Shown here: piece after piece, positions 23,439 to 35,254 of the stretch
How positions within the stretch are numbered: the first letter of the stretch is position 1
Layout: every line of letters starts with the position of its first letter
NCBI RefSeq assembly: GCF_000372725.1
Contig: NW_005201421.1
Coordinates: 124,001-188,000, forward strand
DNA: 64,000 nt
Source: Emiliania huxleyi CCMP1516
Lineage: Eukaryota
Reading direction: 5' to 3'
The notes under the pieces: model-generated
Database searches by the model: none
The model's input: the letters and a program-made list of their open reading frames with translations, nothing else
Told to the model about the DNA's origin: nothing
Position numbers and translations under genes: made by a program

Positions 23439-24695
23439 ATGTCCACACCGCCGCGCCGCCGCTCGCGCCGCCTCGCCGCCGCCACCACCGCCGCCCCCTC
23501 GTCAGACGCGCCGCCGCCCGTCCGCTTGCTCGATCTCCCCAGGGAGCTCCTCGAGCGCGCCCTCTCTCGCTGCGACAGCCCCATCGACATCGCTCGCGTC
23601 GCGGCCGTCTCGCTGCTCTTTCACTCGCTCGCGGAGCAGGGCATCCGCTTGTGGGCGCAGGAGCGCGGCTTCGAGCTTCCGGCGCAGCCAGAGGGCGAGA
23701 GCTGCGCCGTGCGGTGGCTGTGCTATTCTGCGCTGCTGCGCGAGTCCAACCCGCCGGCGAGGGCTGCGGCAGGCCTTCATCACAGCGTCTTCATCGACGG
23801 CGAGGGGCGGCTCTCGTCGTGCGGCTCGGCGGATGGCGTGCCAGCCCTCCTCGGTCACGGCGAGGGCGTGACGCGGCTCAACACGCCGACCCGCCTCCCC
23901 CTTCTGGGTGGCGAGCGCGCCGTGAGCGTGTCGGCTGGAATGTGCCACAGCCTCGCCCTGACCGCTGACGCCGTCTGGAGCTGGGGCGGTGGACTCTTTG
24001 GCAAGCTGGGCCACGGCGACCAGCAGGCCCAGTGGCAGCCGAAGAAGGTCGAGGCCTTTGCTGGCCAGCGTGTCGTCGCTGCGTCGGCTGGAGGATACCA
24101 CAGCCTCGCCCTCACCGCCGACGGCTCCGTCTGGAGCTGGGGCGGTGGACTCTTTGGCAAGCTGGGCCACGGCGGCTATCTGGACCACTGGCTGCCCAAG
24201 AAGGTCGAGGCCTTTGCTGGCCAGCGCGTCGTCGCTGTCTCGGCAGGAGGCGACCACAGCCTCGCACTCTCAGCCGGCGGCGCCGTCTGGAGCTGGGGCT
24301 ATGGATTTTACGGCCAGCTGGGCCACGGCGGCTATCTGGACCACTGGCTGCCCAAGAAGGTCGAGGCCTTTGCTGGGCAGTGCATCGTCGCTGTCTCGGC
24401 TGGAGACGACCACAGCCTCGCCCTCACCGCCGACGGCGCCGTCTGGAGCTGGGGCCTTGGAGGCGATGGCCGGCTGGGCCACGGTGACGAGCAGCGCCAG
24501 CTCCTGCCGAAGAAGGTCGAGGCCTTGGCTGACCAGCACGTCGTCGCTGTGTCGGCTGGACGCAGCCACAGCCTCTCCATCACCGCCAGCGGCGCCGTCT
24601 TTACTTGGGGCAAGGGCGAAGCGGGGGGGGCAGGCAACGGAGAGGACCTGCCGAACCAACTGCTGCCCACGAAGATCGAGGCGCGGGAGCCGTAG
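23439..24695 (+). CDS. F-box-like + RCC1-repeat protein
   Basis: N-terminal LLDLPRELLERAL (F-box-like). Repeated VSAGxxHSLALTADGxVWSWGxGxxGxLGHG RCC1 blades. Intronless. Confidence 0.88.
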   Translation: MSTPPRRRSRRLAAATTAAPSSDAPPPVRLLDLPRELLERALSRCDSPIDIARVAAVSLLFHSLAEQGIRLWAQERGFELPAQPEGESCAVRWLCYSALLRESNPPARAAAGLHHSVFIDGEGRLSSCGSADGVPALLGHGEGVTRLNTPTRLPLLGGERAVSVSAGMCHSLALTADAVWSWGGGLFGKLGHGDQQAQWQPKKVEAFAGQRVVAASAGGYHSLALTADGSVWSWGGGLFGKLGHGGYLDHWLPKKVEAFAGQRVVAVSAGGDHSLALSAGGAVWSWGYGFYGQLGHGGYLDHWLPKKVEAFAGQCIVAVSAGDDHSLALTADGAVWSWGLGGDGRLGHGDEQRQLLPKKVEALADQHVVAVSAGRSHSLSITASGAVFTWGKGEAGGAGNGEDLPNQLLPTKIEAREP

Positions 24696-24976
24696 CCGTA
24701 GTATACACTTCTTGGGCCGTTGGGGTTCTCGTACACCTTTGACAGGAAGGCGCGCTTCCTCGCGTACGAGACCGACCGCATCTCGGCCTTCTTCGTCTTC
24801 CCGGCGCTGTTCTTGGGGTACACCCGCAATCTTCCTCGCCAAGGGCGACAACAAGCGCAACTTCTGGTGCTTCTCGGACTGATCTCTGAGCAAGGTGCGC
24901 AGAGGATGTGGTGAGTGGAGCTGATGGTGAGGTGCGCGTGTGGGCGTACGGTTTTTAGCCCCCGTACGGGTAGGAT

Positions 24977-25180
24977 GGAACCGGCCGAGCAGCGTGTGTT
25001 TGAGTGAGTGCGATTCGGTGTGCCCAGTAAGCCGTGGGGGACGATGTCAAGCGCGGCGCGCGTTTTCTTTTCTAGTGCGCGCCAGTCCCGTGCCCAGGGT
25101 CGTGCGAGGGAGCGCCTGGGTGCACTTGGAGCACTTGGAGTGCAGTCATCAGCCGCACATCCAGGAAAGAAAGAAAGAAA
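24977..25180 (+). repeat. ~190-bp dispersed repeat with (AAAG)n tail, copy 2
   Basis: Near-identical to 23198-23400. Confidence 0.8.
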
Positions 25181-25274
25181 ATGCCTTCCTCTCCTTCTTT
25201 TTGCAGTTCGCACCTGTGTCGATGTCTGCTTTATTTATTTGGTTCTTTTTTTTAAATTCTTTTTGCTTGATGAT

Positions 25275-26243
25275 ATGAAGATGGAGTCCTGGGCGATGCG
25301 CGTCACCGTTCAGCGTCGCCTTGGGCTCCCCCTTGATGTCGCCTGCCAGGCGGTGGAGGCAGGCAAGAGGGCACCCAGCGGCCAGCTACACGACGTCCTT
25401 GGCGACGCCGCGATGGTTATCCCTCGGTCAAAGCATGCTACAAGACACAAATTCCTACTCAAACGTTTGATCAAATGCCTCCGCTCGGCGTGGGGCATGA
25501 TCATCGAGATGGAGCCGACTGCACACCTCAGTTACAGTAATCCAAAACAACCTGACGTGGCGGCGGCAAACATCGGCAGGGGGCACAGGCGCCTTGTTGC
25601 CGATTTGAAGCTCACGAGCTCGCTTGCGAGCCAGGGCAAGGACGCGGCCGGCGATGGAGAGCTCGGCTGGAAGGGGGCCTATGTACGTTTTGGCAACACG
25701 GAGACCGGGCTGCTCAAGTTGGTCAAAGGCCGCGGCAAGTGGTCTCCGTCGGGAGCGACGGCAGCGGCGGTGGCGGGGGAGGAGGAGGAGGCCGAGGAGG
25801 AGGGGGGGAGGAGGGGGAGGAGGAGGATGCCCCCAAGGGAAAGCTCAAGGAGCTGGATGGCGATTACCGCTTTGCGCGGGAGCAGGATTGCGATCTACAT
25901 TTGTTTGATTTTGAGGCTTTCGGAGGCTTTGGAAAGGAGGTTCGCAGCACCCTGAGGGAGGCGGCGAACCAGCTGAGCAACAAACTTTCGCACGCTCAGC
26001 ACCTGGACGAGGTCACATGGACCACCAAGAACTGGCACGGGCTGCAGATGCAGCGCTTGTCTGTCGTCCTCCACACCGCCGTGGCGTGGCAGACGGTGAA
26101 CGAGCTAGCGTGCGGGGAGAGCGGCATTGTGCATGGTGCGGAGTGCATTGCCGTTCTTAACGGAGTCGCTTAGGCGGCTCCGGTGGTGAGCCTGTGTGTG
26201 TGCCAGTCCGCGCCAGTCCGCGCCCTTGTCGTGCCAGTGTGCT
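25275..26243 (+). mobile_element. 5'-truncated, frameshifted non-LTR retrotransposon C-terminus with restriction-like endonuclease (CRE-like)
   Basis: QRRLGLPL…DVLGD…HATRH…EMEP…QPDV…VADLK…FGNTE; after a frameshift, FEAFGGFG…QRLSVVLH. This is the RH/E/PD/D pattern of RLE domains. Confidence 0.7.
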
Positions 26244-26282
26244 AAAGAAAGAAAGAAAACAGACAACCCAAGGGAGGGATGG
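26244..26282 (-). mobile_element. 39-bp 3' stub of (TTTC)n-tailed retroelement family B
   Basis: Matches the 3' ends of 60343-60576 and 50543-50651. TSD CAGTGTGCT at 26235-26243 and 26283-26291. Confidence 0.7.
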
Positions 26283-26390
26283 CAGTGTGCTGTGAGAGAG
26301 GCTTGTCTTTTAAGAATTCTTTTTGCTTTCGCGGCAAGGGTAACCGCGCGACAGAGCGCCGCCCCCCCGGCGCCCGCCTCGCTGCCCGCC

Positions 26391-29300
26391 ATGTGGAGTG
26401 CGAATGCCGCCTTTGGCCGCGTTGTCGAGGGCTCGCAGCTCCAGGGCCGCACCTTCCTCGTCACCGAGCCCGACGGCAGGCGCCGCGACGCCATCGAGCG
26501 CGCCGTGCAGGCTCTCGGCGGCGCGATCTGCTCGGCGGCGCCGTCCGCCGCGACACTCGAGATCTGCGCGAGCCGCGAGAATTGCGTGCTCGAGGGCGGC
26601 GAGCAGGTGACTCCCGACTGGCTCGTCTTCCAGATGCGCGTGTCGCAGCCGCTCGCGCCGGGGCTGTCTCCGCTCTTCCGCCCTCTTGGCGGGACGCCTG
26701 GCCGGGGCTGCGAGGGCGGCATCCCGGCACTCCGTGCCGTGGCCGTCTCGCTGGCCGGGTTTGCAGACGGGTCCCTGGCCAAGGCGCACTGAAGTAGGGG
26801 CTGCGCTGGTAGAGGAGGTGCGGGGCGGAGGCGTGGAGAGCGGCCCCTTCTCAGACCATCGAGCTGCGCGCAGGCGCACGCCCTGCTCCTCGTCGAGAGG
26901 ACCCAGCCCCTCTTCTGCGGCTTTGGATTCGACGGCCGCGCGACGCGCCTCGCCTGCCCCGCCTCCCGCCCGACGGCTGTCCAGCTGGTGGCGTGAGGGA
27001 GGGAGGGTGGGAGTAGGCATCTCGTCTGCTCGCACACCGACGCGGCCTCGGTGTCGCGTGCGAGGCCGGCGCTGCGCGAGGCGCTCGCGGCGAAGCGTGC
27101 GGCGGAGGGGGGTGGCGGGGAGGGGGGTGGCGGGGAGGGAGGGGGTGGTCTGGAGGTGGTCCACGTCGGCTGGCTCGAGGCGTGCGTGCGGCAGTGGGGC
27201 AAGGTTCCCGAGGGGCGGTACCGCCTCGGGGCGGAGCATGTGACTCACCCGCAGGAGGAGGAGGCGGGGAGGCGGGCGGAGAGGCGGGAGGGGAGGGGGG
27301 CGGAGGGGGAGGAGGAGAGGGCGGAGCGACGGAGCGGCGGAGCAGGGAGGGAGGCGGAGGAGGGGCGGGCCGCGGGAGGAGGAGCAGCTGGCCGCCGTCC
27401 AGCGGGCTCTGCCCCTCTCCCCGCCCGCTCCGCCGCCGCCGCGCAGCAGCAGCAGCAGCGCCGCCGCGACAGCAGCGCCGCCGGCGGTCACGGCGGTCGG
27501 GGCGCTCGCTCGGCGACGACGCGCTGCGAGCAAATCATTCCTCCTCCATCCTTCATCATTGTTGAACAGGTCGCTTGGCCCGCGACGACGCGCTTCGAGC
27601 CGCGATCCAAGCAGCGCCTGCCACAGGCGAGGCCAAGCGCCCTCCCGCGCGGCGGCTGTGAACAGCGTCTCTTCACACCTGCACCTGTGAACAGGGGGGG
27701 GAGCCGCCCTCCCGCGCGGAGGCTCCGCCTTCGTTAAGCGGCTCCAGCCTTCCCACGTGGCGGGCGGGTGCTTGCTGCAGCTTCCGCAGGAGATGGACGG
27801 GCTATGAACAGCGTCTCTTCACGGCGGCGGCTGTGGGCAGGTACTGGCTGCAGCTGCCGCAGGAGATGAACGGCCAGTTGCCGGCCGAGGACTGGCCGGC
27901 GGTGCTGGTTGCGGGAGGGGGGGAGTGGACGTGCCAGTACCTCCGGCGGCCAGGCCACAACAACGGCGGCATCTCGGGAGGATGGCAAAGCGGCGCACGG
28001 CCGGCGAGACGGGCTCCGCGGGCGGCGTCTCTTCACGGCTGGCACTGTGGACAGGCGCGGCTTCGCGGTCGACCAGCGGCTCTGCGTCGGTGACGCGGTC
28101 GTCTTCCGCATCGGCGTCGGCGCCTCGGCCCGGCCGGCCGCTGGCGAGCCGCTGACCGTGCACGTCGCGCTCTTCCGCGCTAAGTGCGGAGGGGCCGAGG
28201 TGGCGGCGGAGAGGCAGGGGGCGGCCTCTTCACAGCCGCGGTGTGTGCGCAGGTACGGAGGCACCGAGGGGGCGGCGCAGGCGTTCGCGAGGCGGTGGGT
28301 GCGCGGCGAGCAGGCGCCGGGCGGCGGGTGGCAGGCCCTAGTAGCGAGGAATGAAAGAAGGAATGACTCGCTGCTGGTTCACAGGCGTCAGTCGGCGGGC
28401 GGCAGGGCGCGCTCGTCCTCACTGCGCTGCCCCTCCCCCGTCAGAAAGAGGGCTGCGGCGGAGTGAGAAGAGAGCTTGCCACCAGGCGCGCTCGTCCACC
28501 CGGCGCTGCACGTCTACTCTGACGCGGCCAAGCGTTTCCCGCCCTCGGCCCGGGCGGGGAGGCTCGCGTCGGAACGAGTCCACGCGCGGGAGCCGGGAGG
28601 TGGGGAGGCCGTGCGTGTGAGCAGCGTCTCTTCACACCTGTGGCTGTGGGGCAGGTGCCGAGCGGGGAGGCGTGGAGGCTGGAGGAGCATGCGAGGTGGG
28701 CGCTCGAGCTGGCTGCTCCGGCGCCGTCGCTCCTCCTTCGACAGCACCGACGAGGTCGCCTCTTCACACCTGCTGGCTGAGGCGCAGGCGCCGTCGCGCC
28801 GCTCCTTCTTCGACAGCTCCGACGAGGAGGGGCAGGAGGAAGAGGGGGAGGAGCGGGAGCGGGAGCAGCAGCAGCAGGGGGAGGGGCGGGGGCTGGGGGA
28901 GGGAGGGGGGAAGGGCGGCGGTGGAAGGGCACCGCAGATCGGACGAGCCGCCGAGCAGGCGGCGGCGCAGGCGGCGGCGCAGGCCGGGAGCGCCCATCGC
29001 TCCGCCTCCGCCGCCGCCACGGCTGCTGCCGCTGCCGCTGCCTCGTCGTCGTCGTCCTCCTCCTCCTCCTCCTCCTCTCGCTCTGCCTCCCCCGCCCGCG
29101 CAGCCGCCTCTCGCGAGCGCATCCCTCCTCACGCGCCTCCCGACGCCGCATCGGTGCCGCGCGTGGGCGACGCGGCGCGGTTGACCGAGGCCGATGTCGG
29201 GTAGGGGCTGGTCCATGATCCGACTAGGTGCGGGCGTGGCTCGTCGCGGCGGCGGCGATCCCGTCGGAGCTGCGCCTCTCCAGGGCGGGGCGCGGAGTCG

Positions 29301-31066
29301 AGGGCTGGTACGACCCCGACGGTCGGTCGGATGAGGCGGAGATGAGGAAGTACCGCGGCTTCTGCCGGCAGGGAGACTGGAAGTGGGCTGGCGACTCGGC
29401 GGGCGAGGTGGGCCGCCGCCTGATGGAGCTGCGGCGGTATGCGGACGCGGCGGTGTGGCACGCGGCGGACGTGGCGTGCCAGCTGCTCGAGAGGGAGAAG
29501 GAGCGAGGCGGGGCGGCGCACGGCGCGGCGCTCGTCGGAGGCGCTGCACCACGGCACGCGAAGATATGGGGAGAGAGGGGGGGAGAGGGGGGGAGAGGGG
29601 GAGAGAGAGGGGGAGAGAGGGGGGGAGAGGGGAAGAGAGGGGGGGAGAGGGGGCTGCACCACGGCACGCGAAGCGCCGCTCCTCGGCTCGAAGGGAGGCT
29701 GTGAGTCCGAAGGGAGACTGTGAGTCCGGCCCTCACGCCGTGCACCATATCTCCCCATATCTCCACTCCGTGCAGCCGCTCCTCAGGCACAAGAGAAGCC
29801 GCTTCTCGGCCAACGACCTCTGTATCGCGCTCGACCGGCGGGGGGAGTGCGAGCGCTGCTCCGTCCGCTACTACGACGAGGAGGGCCTCGCGCTGCTCGG
29901 CTCTGCGGCGCACGCCTTCGAGGCGATGCGGCTCGAGGCCGAGGTCCGGCTGTGAACAGCGTCTCTTCACACCTCTAGCTGTGAACAGGCGATGCGGCTC
30001 GAGGCCGAGGTCCGAGATATGGGGAGATATCTCGAGATATGGGGAGATATGGGGAGATATGGGGAGATATGGGGAGATATGGCTCGAGGCCGAGGTGCGA
30101 GAGGGGCCGAGAGGGGCCGAGAGGAGGGGCAGATTTGCCGAGACGTTTGGGGGGGGAGAGGGGGGGGGGGGTTGGCCGACGGGAGGCGAGGCTCGCTCAG
30201 GCCGAGCCGGAGCTGCGGGCGGGCGTGCTGACCCGTCCACGACCCGTCCGCGACACGTCCGCGACGCTGTCCCGTGCCCTCAGGCGGCGCTGCGTGAGGC
30301 GGGTCTGTCGTCCGAGCAGCGGGGCGAGCTGGCCGAGCGGCGCAGCGACGCGCGCCAGCCCGAGGGGCGTGGGCTGCTGCCTCTGCTCGGGCGCGTGCGA
30401 GGAGGCGGCGCTCTGCACTCTGTAGGCGGTCGAGCGGAGGGCGACGCTGGAAGAGGCGCGGGTGGGATCTGAGCGAGAGCAAGTAGACGCCTCTCGGGCC
30501 CCGCGTGTGAGGGCACAGTGTGGTGTCGTAGGCGTGGCGCGAGGCGCTGCAAGACTCGCAGGGAGAGTCGCAAGAGGCGTCGCAGCACGAGGCTGGGTCT
30601 GGGGCGGACTCTGAGGAGGGGGAGGGGGAGGAGGAGGGGGAGGGGGAGGGGGCCGAGCCCGCCTCCGAGGGCGGCGATGCGCCCGTCCGCTCGCCCGGCC
30701 TCGAGGAGAGCGTGTCGCCCGCCCGCCTGCTGCCAGCGGGGGGGCGCCGGCCCAAGGCTGCCTGGCAGGTGCATGGGCAGGCGAGGCGTCGGAGCAGCGC
30801 CTCTTCACACCTCCTCCTGTGGACAGGGGGCCGGCCGGGCCGTCCTCTCCTCCTCCTCCTCCTCCTCCTCCTCCTCCTCCTCCTCTTCCGACGGAGGCGA
30901 CGACGACTCGGACCGAGAGCGGCGCGGCGGCGCGGCGGCGAAGGCGGCCTCTCCTCCTCCTTCGAGCGGGGCAGCGGCGGCCGCAGCGCACGCCCTTCCC
31001 GCCGCCGCGCCGCGGAGGAGGAGCGAGCGGCCGAAGAGGCCCGCGGGCGGGTGGGTCGACGACTTA

Positions 31067-31106
<40 letters not shown>

Positions 31107-34100
31107 TGTGACACAAAGGATGTAATATAACGACCCCAGGCGTGGCGCACCCTCCGCCGCCGACGCCACCCCGCCGCGCCAAGCCAAGCCACGCCGCCGC
31201 TGCGGGCCCGAGTGCGGCCCTTGCACCCGCCGCCGCCGCCGCCCCGTCCCACGCCGCTGCACACGCCGCCGCCGCCACTTCCGCCACTTCCGCCGCCGCC
31301 GCCCCGGCTGCCGCGCCGCCCTCTGCGCCTACGGCGCGGGTGTGGGACGACAGCAGCGAGGACGAGGCGGGGCTGCCGCCGGGCGGCGCTGGAGGCGGAC
31401 TGGCAGGGCACGGGCGGAGGCGGCCGCGGCCGGCGCCGGCGCCGCAGTCGCTCGCGTGGCGGAGCAAGGGGCACGCGTGGGTGGAGAGCCGGCACAAGGC
31501 GCGCCGCTGGAGCGAGTGACTCCCGGGCCGCGTGTTCTGGTGAAGTCACGGGGTGGAGGGGGGTGCACAAGGTGCGTCGCTTCTTCGAGACGACGCCGGG
31601 CGGCGTGGACGGGCTAGTGGCGCAGTACCTCCCTCCGGGCAAGGACGAGGACGAGGACCCTGAGGTGTGGCGAGGTCCGGCTGTGAACAGCGTCTCTTCA
31701 CACCTCTAGCTGTGAACAGGACGAGGACCCCGAGATGTGGCGCGTGGTGCACGACGGCGACGGCGACGAGGAGGACCTGGACTTCGACGACGTGGTGGAC
31801 GCGCTCATCGCAAAGGAGCCTCGAGGGCGGGGGAGGGGGGGAGGGGCGGCGGTCCGAGGCTTTGCTCACTCGTCGATGGGTCGCTTAGGACCTCAACCAC
31901 AAGAGCGCCGACGAGATGGAGGGGGTGCGGCACGAGGAGGAGCGGCAGGAGCGGCTGTCTCGCGCGCAGAGGCTCGAGACGCGCAGCCACCACTGCAGCG
32001 AGAACCAGACGCCGCGGCTGGTGGCGCGCCGTGCGGCGTCTCGCCATGCGCCCCCACTCTCGGGGAGCCTCGGGGTCGGGAATAGGTCGCGGGGCTGTAT
32101 GGCGTCTCGCTGCCTCTGCTCCTCCGGCTCGCCCTCGAGTCGGGCCGCGGGAGCGTGGCGCAACTCGACTCAGTAATCAACCGCGTGGTCGTGAGGTAGG
32201 CTCAACCTCAAGTCGGACCGCGGGAGCATGACCGACCACCTGCTCCTCAAGGCGAGATCATAAGGAATTAATAGAATGAATTAATTGTCGGACCGCGGGA
32301 GCATGACCGACCACCCTGCTCCTCAAGGCGAGATCATAATGAATTAATTAATAGAATGAATTAATTGTCGGACCGCGGGAGCATGACCGACCACCTGCTC
32401 CTCAAGGCGAGATCGGGCCCGAGATAGGGCTCAGATCGAGCCGAGATAGGGCTCAGATCGAGCCGAGATCTGACCGAACCCCCCCCACCCCCGCCCCTCA
32501 AGGCGGGCACGAGGGCGAGCAAGCGCGGCTTCGTCCTCCTCCTCCCGGCCTTCCGCATCGACGGCGCGCGCACAGAGGCGGAGCCGCAGCAAGCGGCGGC
32601 GCGGGGGCGGCGCGGGGCCAAGGGCAGGCCGGCGCAGCCCCACCCGCAGGCGGCGGCGGCGGGCGAGGAGGCGGAGGCGGCGGGGGTCGAGGAGGGGGGT
32701 GCGGCGGGGGGCGGGTAGGGGGGCGCGGCGCAGTCGTCGGCTGCGGCACGTGAGGTGGCAGCGAGGACAGAGGCAGCCGGGCCGGAGGCAGCCGGGCCGG
32801 AGGCAGCCGGGCCGGAGGCAGCCGGGCCGGAGGCGGGGGAGGCGGCCCAGGCAGCCGTCGAGGGGGCAGCGGAGGAGGTGCGGCGGGCGGAGGCGGCGGT
32901 GGCGGGGACGGCGGCGGACATGCCGGCCGATGCGATGGCAGCGGAGGCGGCGGAGGCGGAGGCGAGGGAGGGTGGCTATGCGGAGGAGGATGCGAAGGAG
33001 GATGCGGAGGAGGAGGAGGGTTCGGGGGGCGCCGCCGCAGCAGCCTCCGCCGCAGCTGCGGCGGCCGCGGCGTCGGAGGGAGTGGGTGCGATGACGGAGC
33101 CTGAGGCGGACGACGAGACCGACCCGGAGGCGCTGACGGAGCCGGAGCCAGACCCGGAGGCTGAGCCGGAGGCGGGGGCGGAGGCGGGGGCGGAGGCGGG
33201 GGCGGAGGCGGGGGCGGAGGCGGGGGCGAGGAGAGCGGCTGTGGAGGAGCAGCCGCGGGCGCGAGAGGCGGCGCAGCTTGCAGCGTCGGGGGCGGCCCGG
33301 GCTTGTCTTGCAGCGGAGTCTCCTCGAGCGGAGGAGGGTACGGCGGAGGGGCATGCGGCACAGAGGCGACTGGAGGGGCGCGGAGGAGGGCCCAGCAGGC
33401 TGGCGGGGCCCAGGCGGGCTGTGGCGGGGCCGGGCCGGGCGGGCGCTGCGCCGGCTCCGCTCGTCATGCAGGTTGGGGAGGGGGTCGGGGGGGGGTCCCG
33501 GGGGGGTCTCAGGTGGTGCGCTCGCAGGCGGTGATTTCCCCGGGGGGGCTGCTCCCAGGTGGTGGGCGGCGGGGACGAGTCTCCCGTGCGAACGCTGCTG
33601 CGCGAGCTGGCGGGGCGGCTGGGCGGCGAGTACTTCGGCTCCTCCTCGTACGACCCGGGCTGCCGCCACCGTCGGGGTCGAAACACGTTCGAGAGGAGGA
33701 NNNNNNNNNNNNNNNNNNNNNNNNNNNNNNNNNNNNNNNNNNNNNNNNNNNNNNNNNNNNNNNNNNNNNNNNNNNNNNNNNNNNNNNNNNNNNNNNNNNN
33801 NNNNNNNNNNNNNNNNNNGAGAGAGAAGGGGGCAGGCTCTACGCTGCGGCATGGGCCCGCCCTGGACGCATCCCTCTGTCCCCGCCCCCCCCCCCTTCCC
33901 CTCCGGCAGGCGCGTGGCTGCCCGAGGAGGCGCACGAGCTCTTCTCCGCCGGGGAGGCGACTGCGCCGTGCGGCAGTACGGGGCTGCTTCTAGGAGCCTT
34001 CTAGGAGCCTTCTAGGAACCTTGTAGGCGACTGCACCGTGCGGCAGGGGGCTGCTCTGGCTGGGCGCGCCGCGGGCGCACCGGCTGGCGCGGCCGCAGCG

Positions 34101-34535
34101 CGGCGGCGGCGTCTTCGTCGGCCAGACCTTCGCCCTCGATCCAGAGGTCGTGCCACCGCCCGCGCAGCTACGACGCATCATCGAGGCGGGCGGGGGGGCC
34201 GTCCTGGAGCAGGGCGCGCCGCTGCGCGTGGGCGCCATCGCCGTCGTGCCAGACGGGGCGGACGCATCGCACCCGCTCGCCCAGGAGGCGCGTCTATTCC
34301 CCTCCCGCCCGCCCGACACCCTCCCAAAGGGTCCTCCTCACCCCTCGCCGGGGTGAGTTGGTCGAGACTCGCACACTTCGCACTAACCCGCGCTCCTGCA
34401 GACACCCTGCTCCGTCACAAACTCTTCTGTTCTTCGTGTCTGGCGCAGGCGACGCGCGCGCAGGCTTCGCGAGTGGGGCCGAATGAGCTGCTCGGGCGGC
34501 TGGTCGGCTTGGGTGTCGCGTCACTCGCAGGATGA
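26391..34535 (+). CDS. Large multi-exon BRCT protein (N- and C-terminal tandem BRCT) with internal B3 DNA-binding domain and Tudor-like domain; spans an N gap
   Basis: N-terminal BRCT: AVQALGGAI…VTPDWL…LFRPLGG…GIPAL…HLVCS…VVHVGWLEACVRQWGKVPEGRY. B3: AFVKRLQPSHVAGGYWLQLP…YL…GISGGWRGFAVDQRLCVGDAVVF. Tudor-like: WRVVHDGDGDEEDLD. C-terminal BRCT: LAGRLGGEY…WLPEEAHE…APRAHRL…LRRIIEAGGGAV. It could be two genes. Confidence 0.7.
31068..31106. repeat. (AAT)n microsatellite
   Basis: Directly visible. Confidence 0.95.
32212..32414 (+). repeat. Three copies of a ~48-bp GC-rich unit separated by AT-rich linkers
   Basis: gtcggaccgcgggagcatgaccgaccacctgctcctcaaggcgagatc x3, with linkers containing gaattaatagaatgaattaatt. 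Confidence 0.9.
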
Positions 34536-35254
34536 AACTGCTTGCCTGCTACATGTGTACTGTACAGTAGCGGTACTCTACGTCTCAGGTCGCACAAACG
34601 TGTGGAGCTACGTACATCATGATTCATGTCTCTATACACACATGAACATCTCCCCCCGCCACATGCACATCTCCCCGGGAGCTCCGGCGCGTGGGCTTAA
34701 AGCCACACGGCAAGCACACACATGTTTGACATTCCCTTACTTGCTCTCTCACATGTCTGCGTGCCGGGGACTCCGTGCCGAGAGCGCTCGAGCCGAGGAG
34801 CGAGGTCTGCCCGTGCCGCGCGTGGCGCGTGCGCCGGTGCGCGGTGCACAGACAGAGTCCACCCGTTTCGGGCTTCGCGACTCAGCACAGCGACCTCTCT
34901 CTCCGGGTTTGCAGGGTTGCTGGCCGTATGTTGTGCTGCATGAACAGGGGGTGGGGCAGCAGAATGGGCTGGCCAGTTTCCCCTTTCCCCATTCAGGCTG
35001 CCCATTTCTCGGGGGCGGCACCTGCCGCTGCGGTGCCAATGATCGACTCCTCCTCATCATGTCGCCTCGGCGACAATGGTCGCGCCATCGTCGGTAGTCA
35101 CGCCTATGGACGCTTCGGTAGAGTGAGAGGAGGTCATCCGAGTGGGGCGCAGGCGGTGGATGCAATCGAGTGGGAGGGGGGTAAAGGGGCGCAGGACCGG
35201 GCTGCAACACACCCACCTATAACTCCTCTAAGCCCTGCGCTCCCACCCGCTCGC

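Noticed and set aside
23198..25180. RCC1 gene between direct repeats as an LTR or composite element
   Set aside because: The repeats lack TG…CA ends, a PBS or PPT and a shared outer TSD, and they end in (AAAG)n tails. Independent retro-insertions are more likely, although transduction is not excluded.
26244..26282. AAAGAAAACAGACAACCCAAGGGAGGGATGG as a conserved promoter or spliced-leader motif
   Set aside because: Three copies each have their own TSD and differ in length, so they are retroelement 3' stubs.
32212..32414. Repeat-spacer pattern resembling a CRISPR array
   Set aside because: Only three units, the linkers are near-identical rather than unique, there are no cas genes, and the context is eukaryotic and intragenic.
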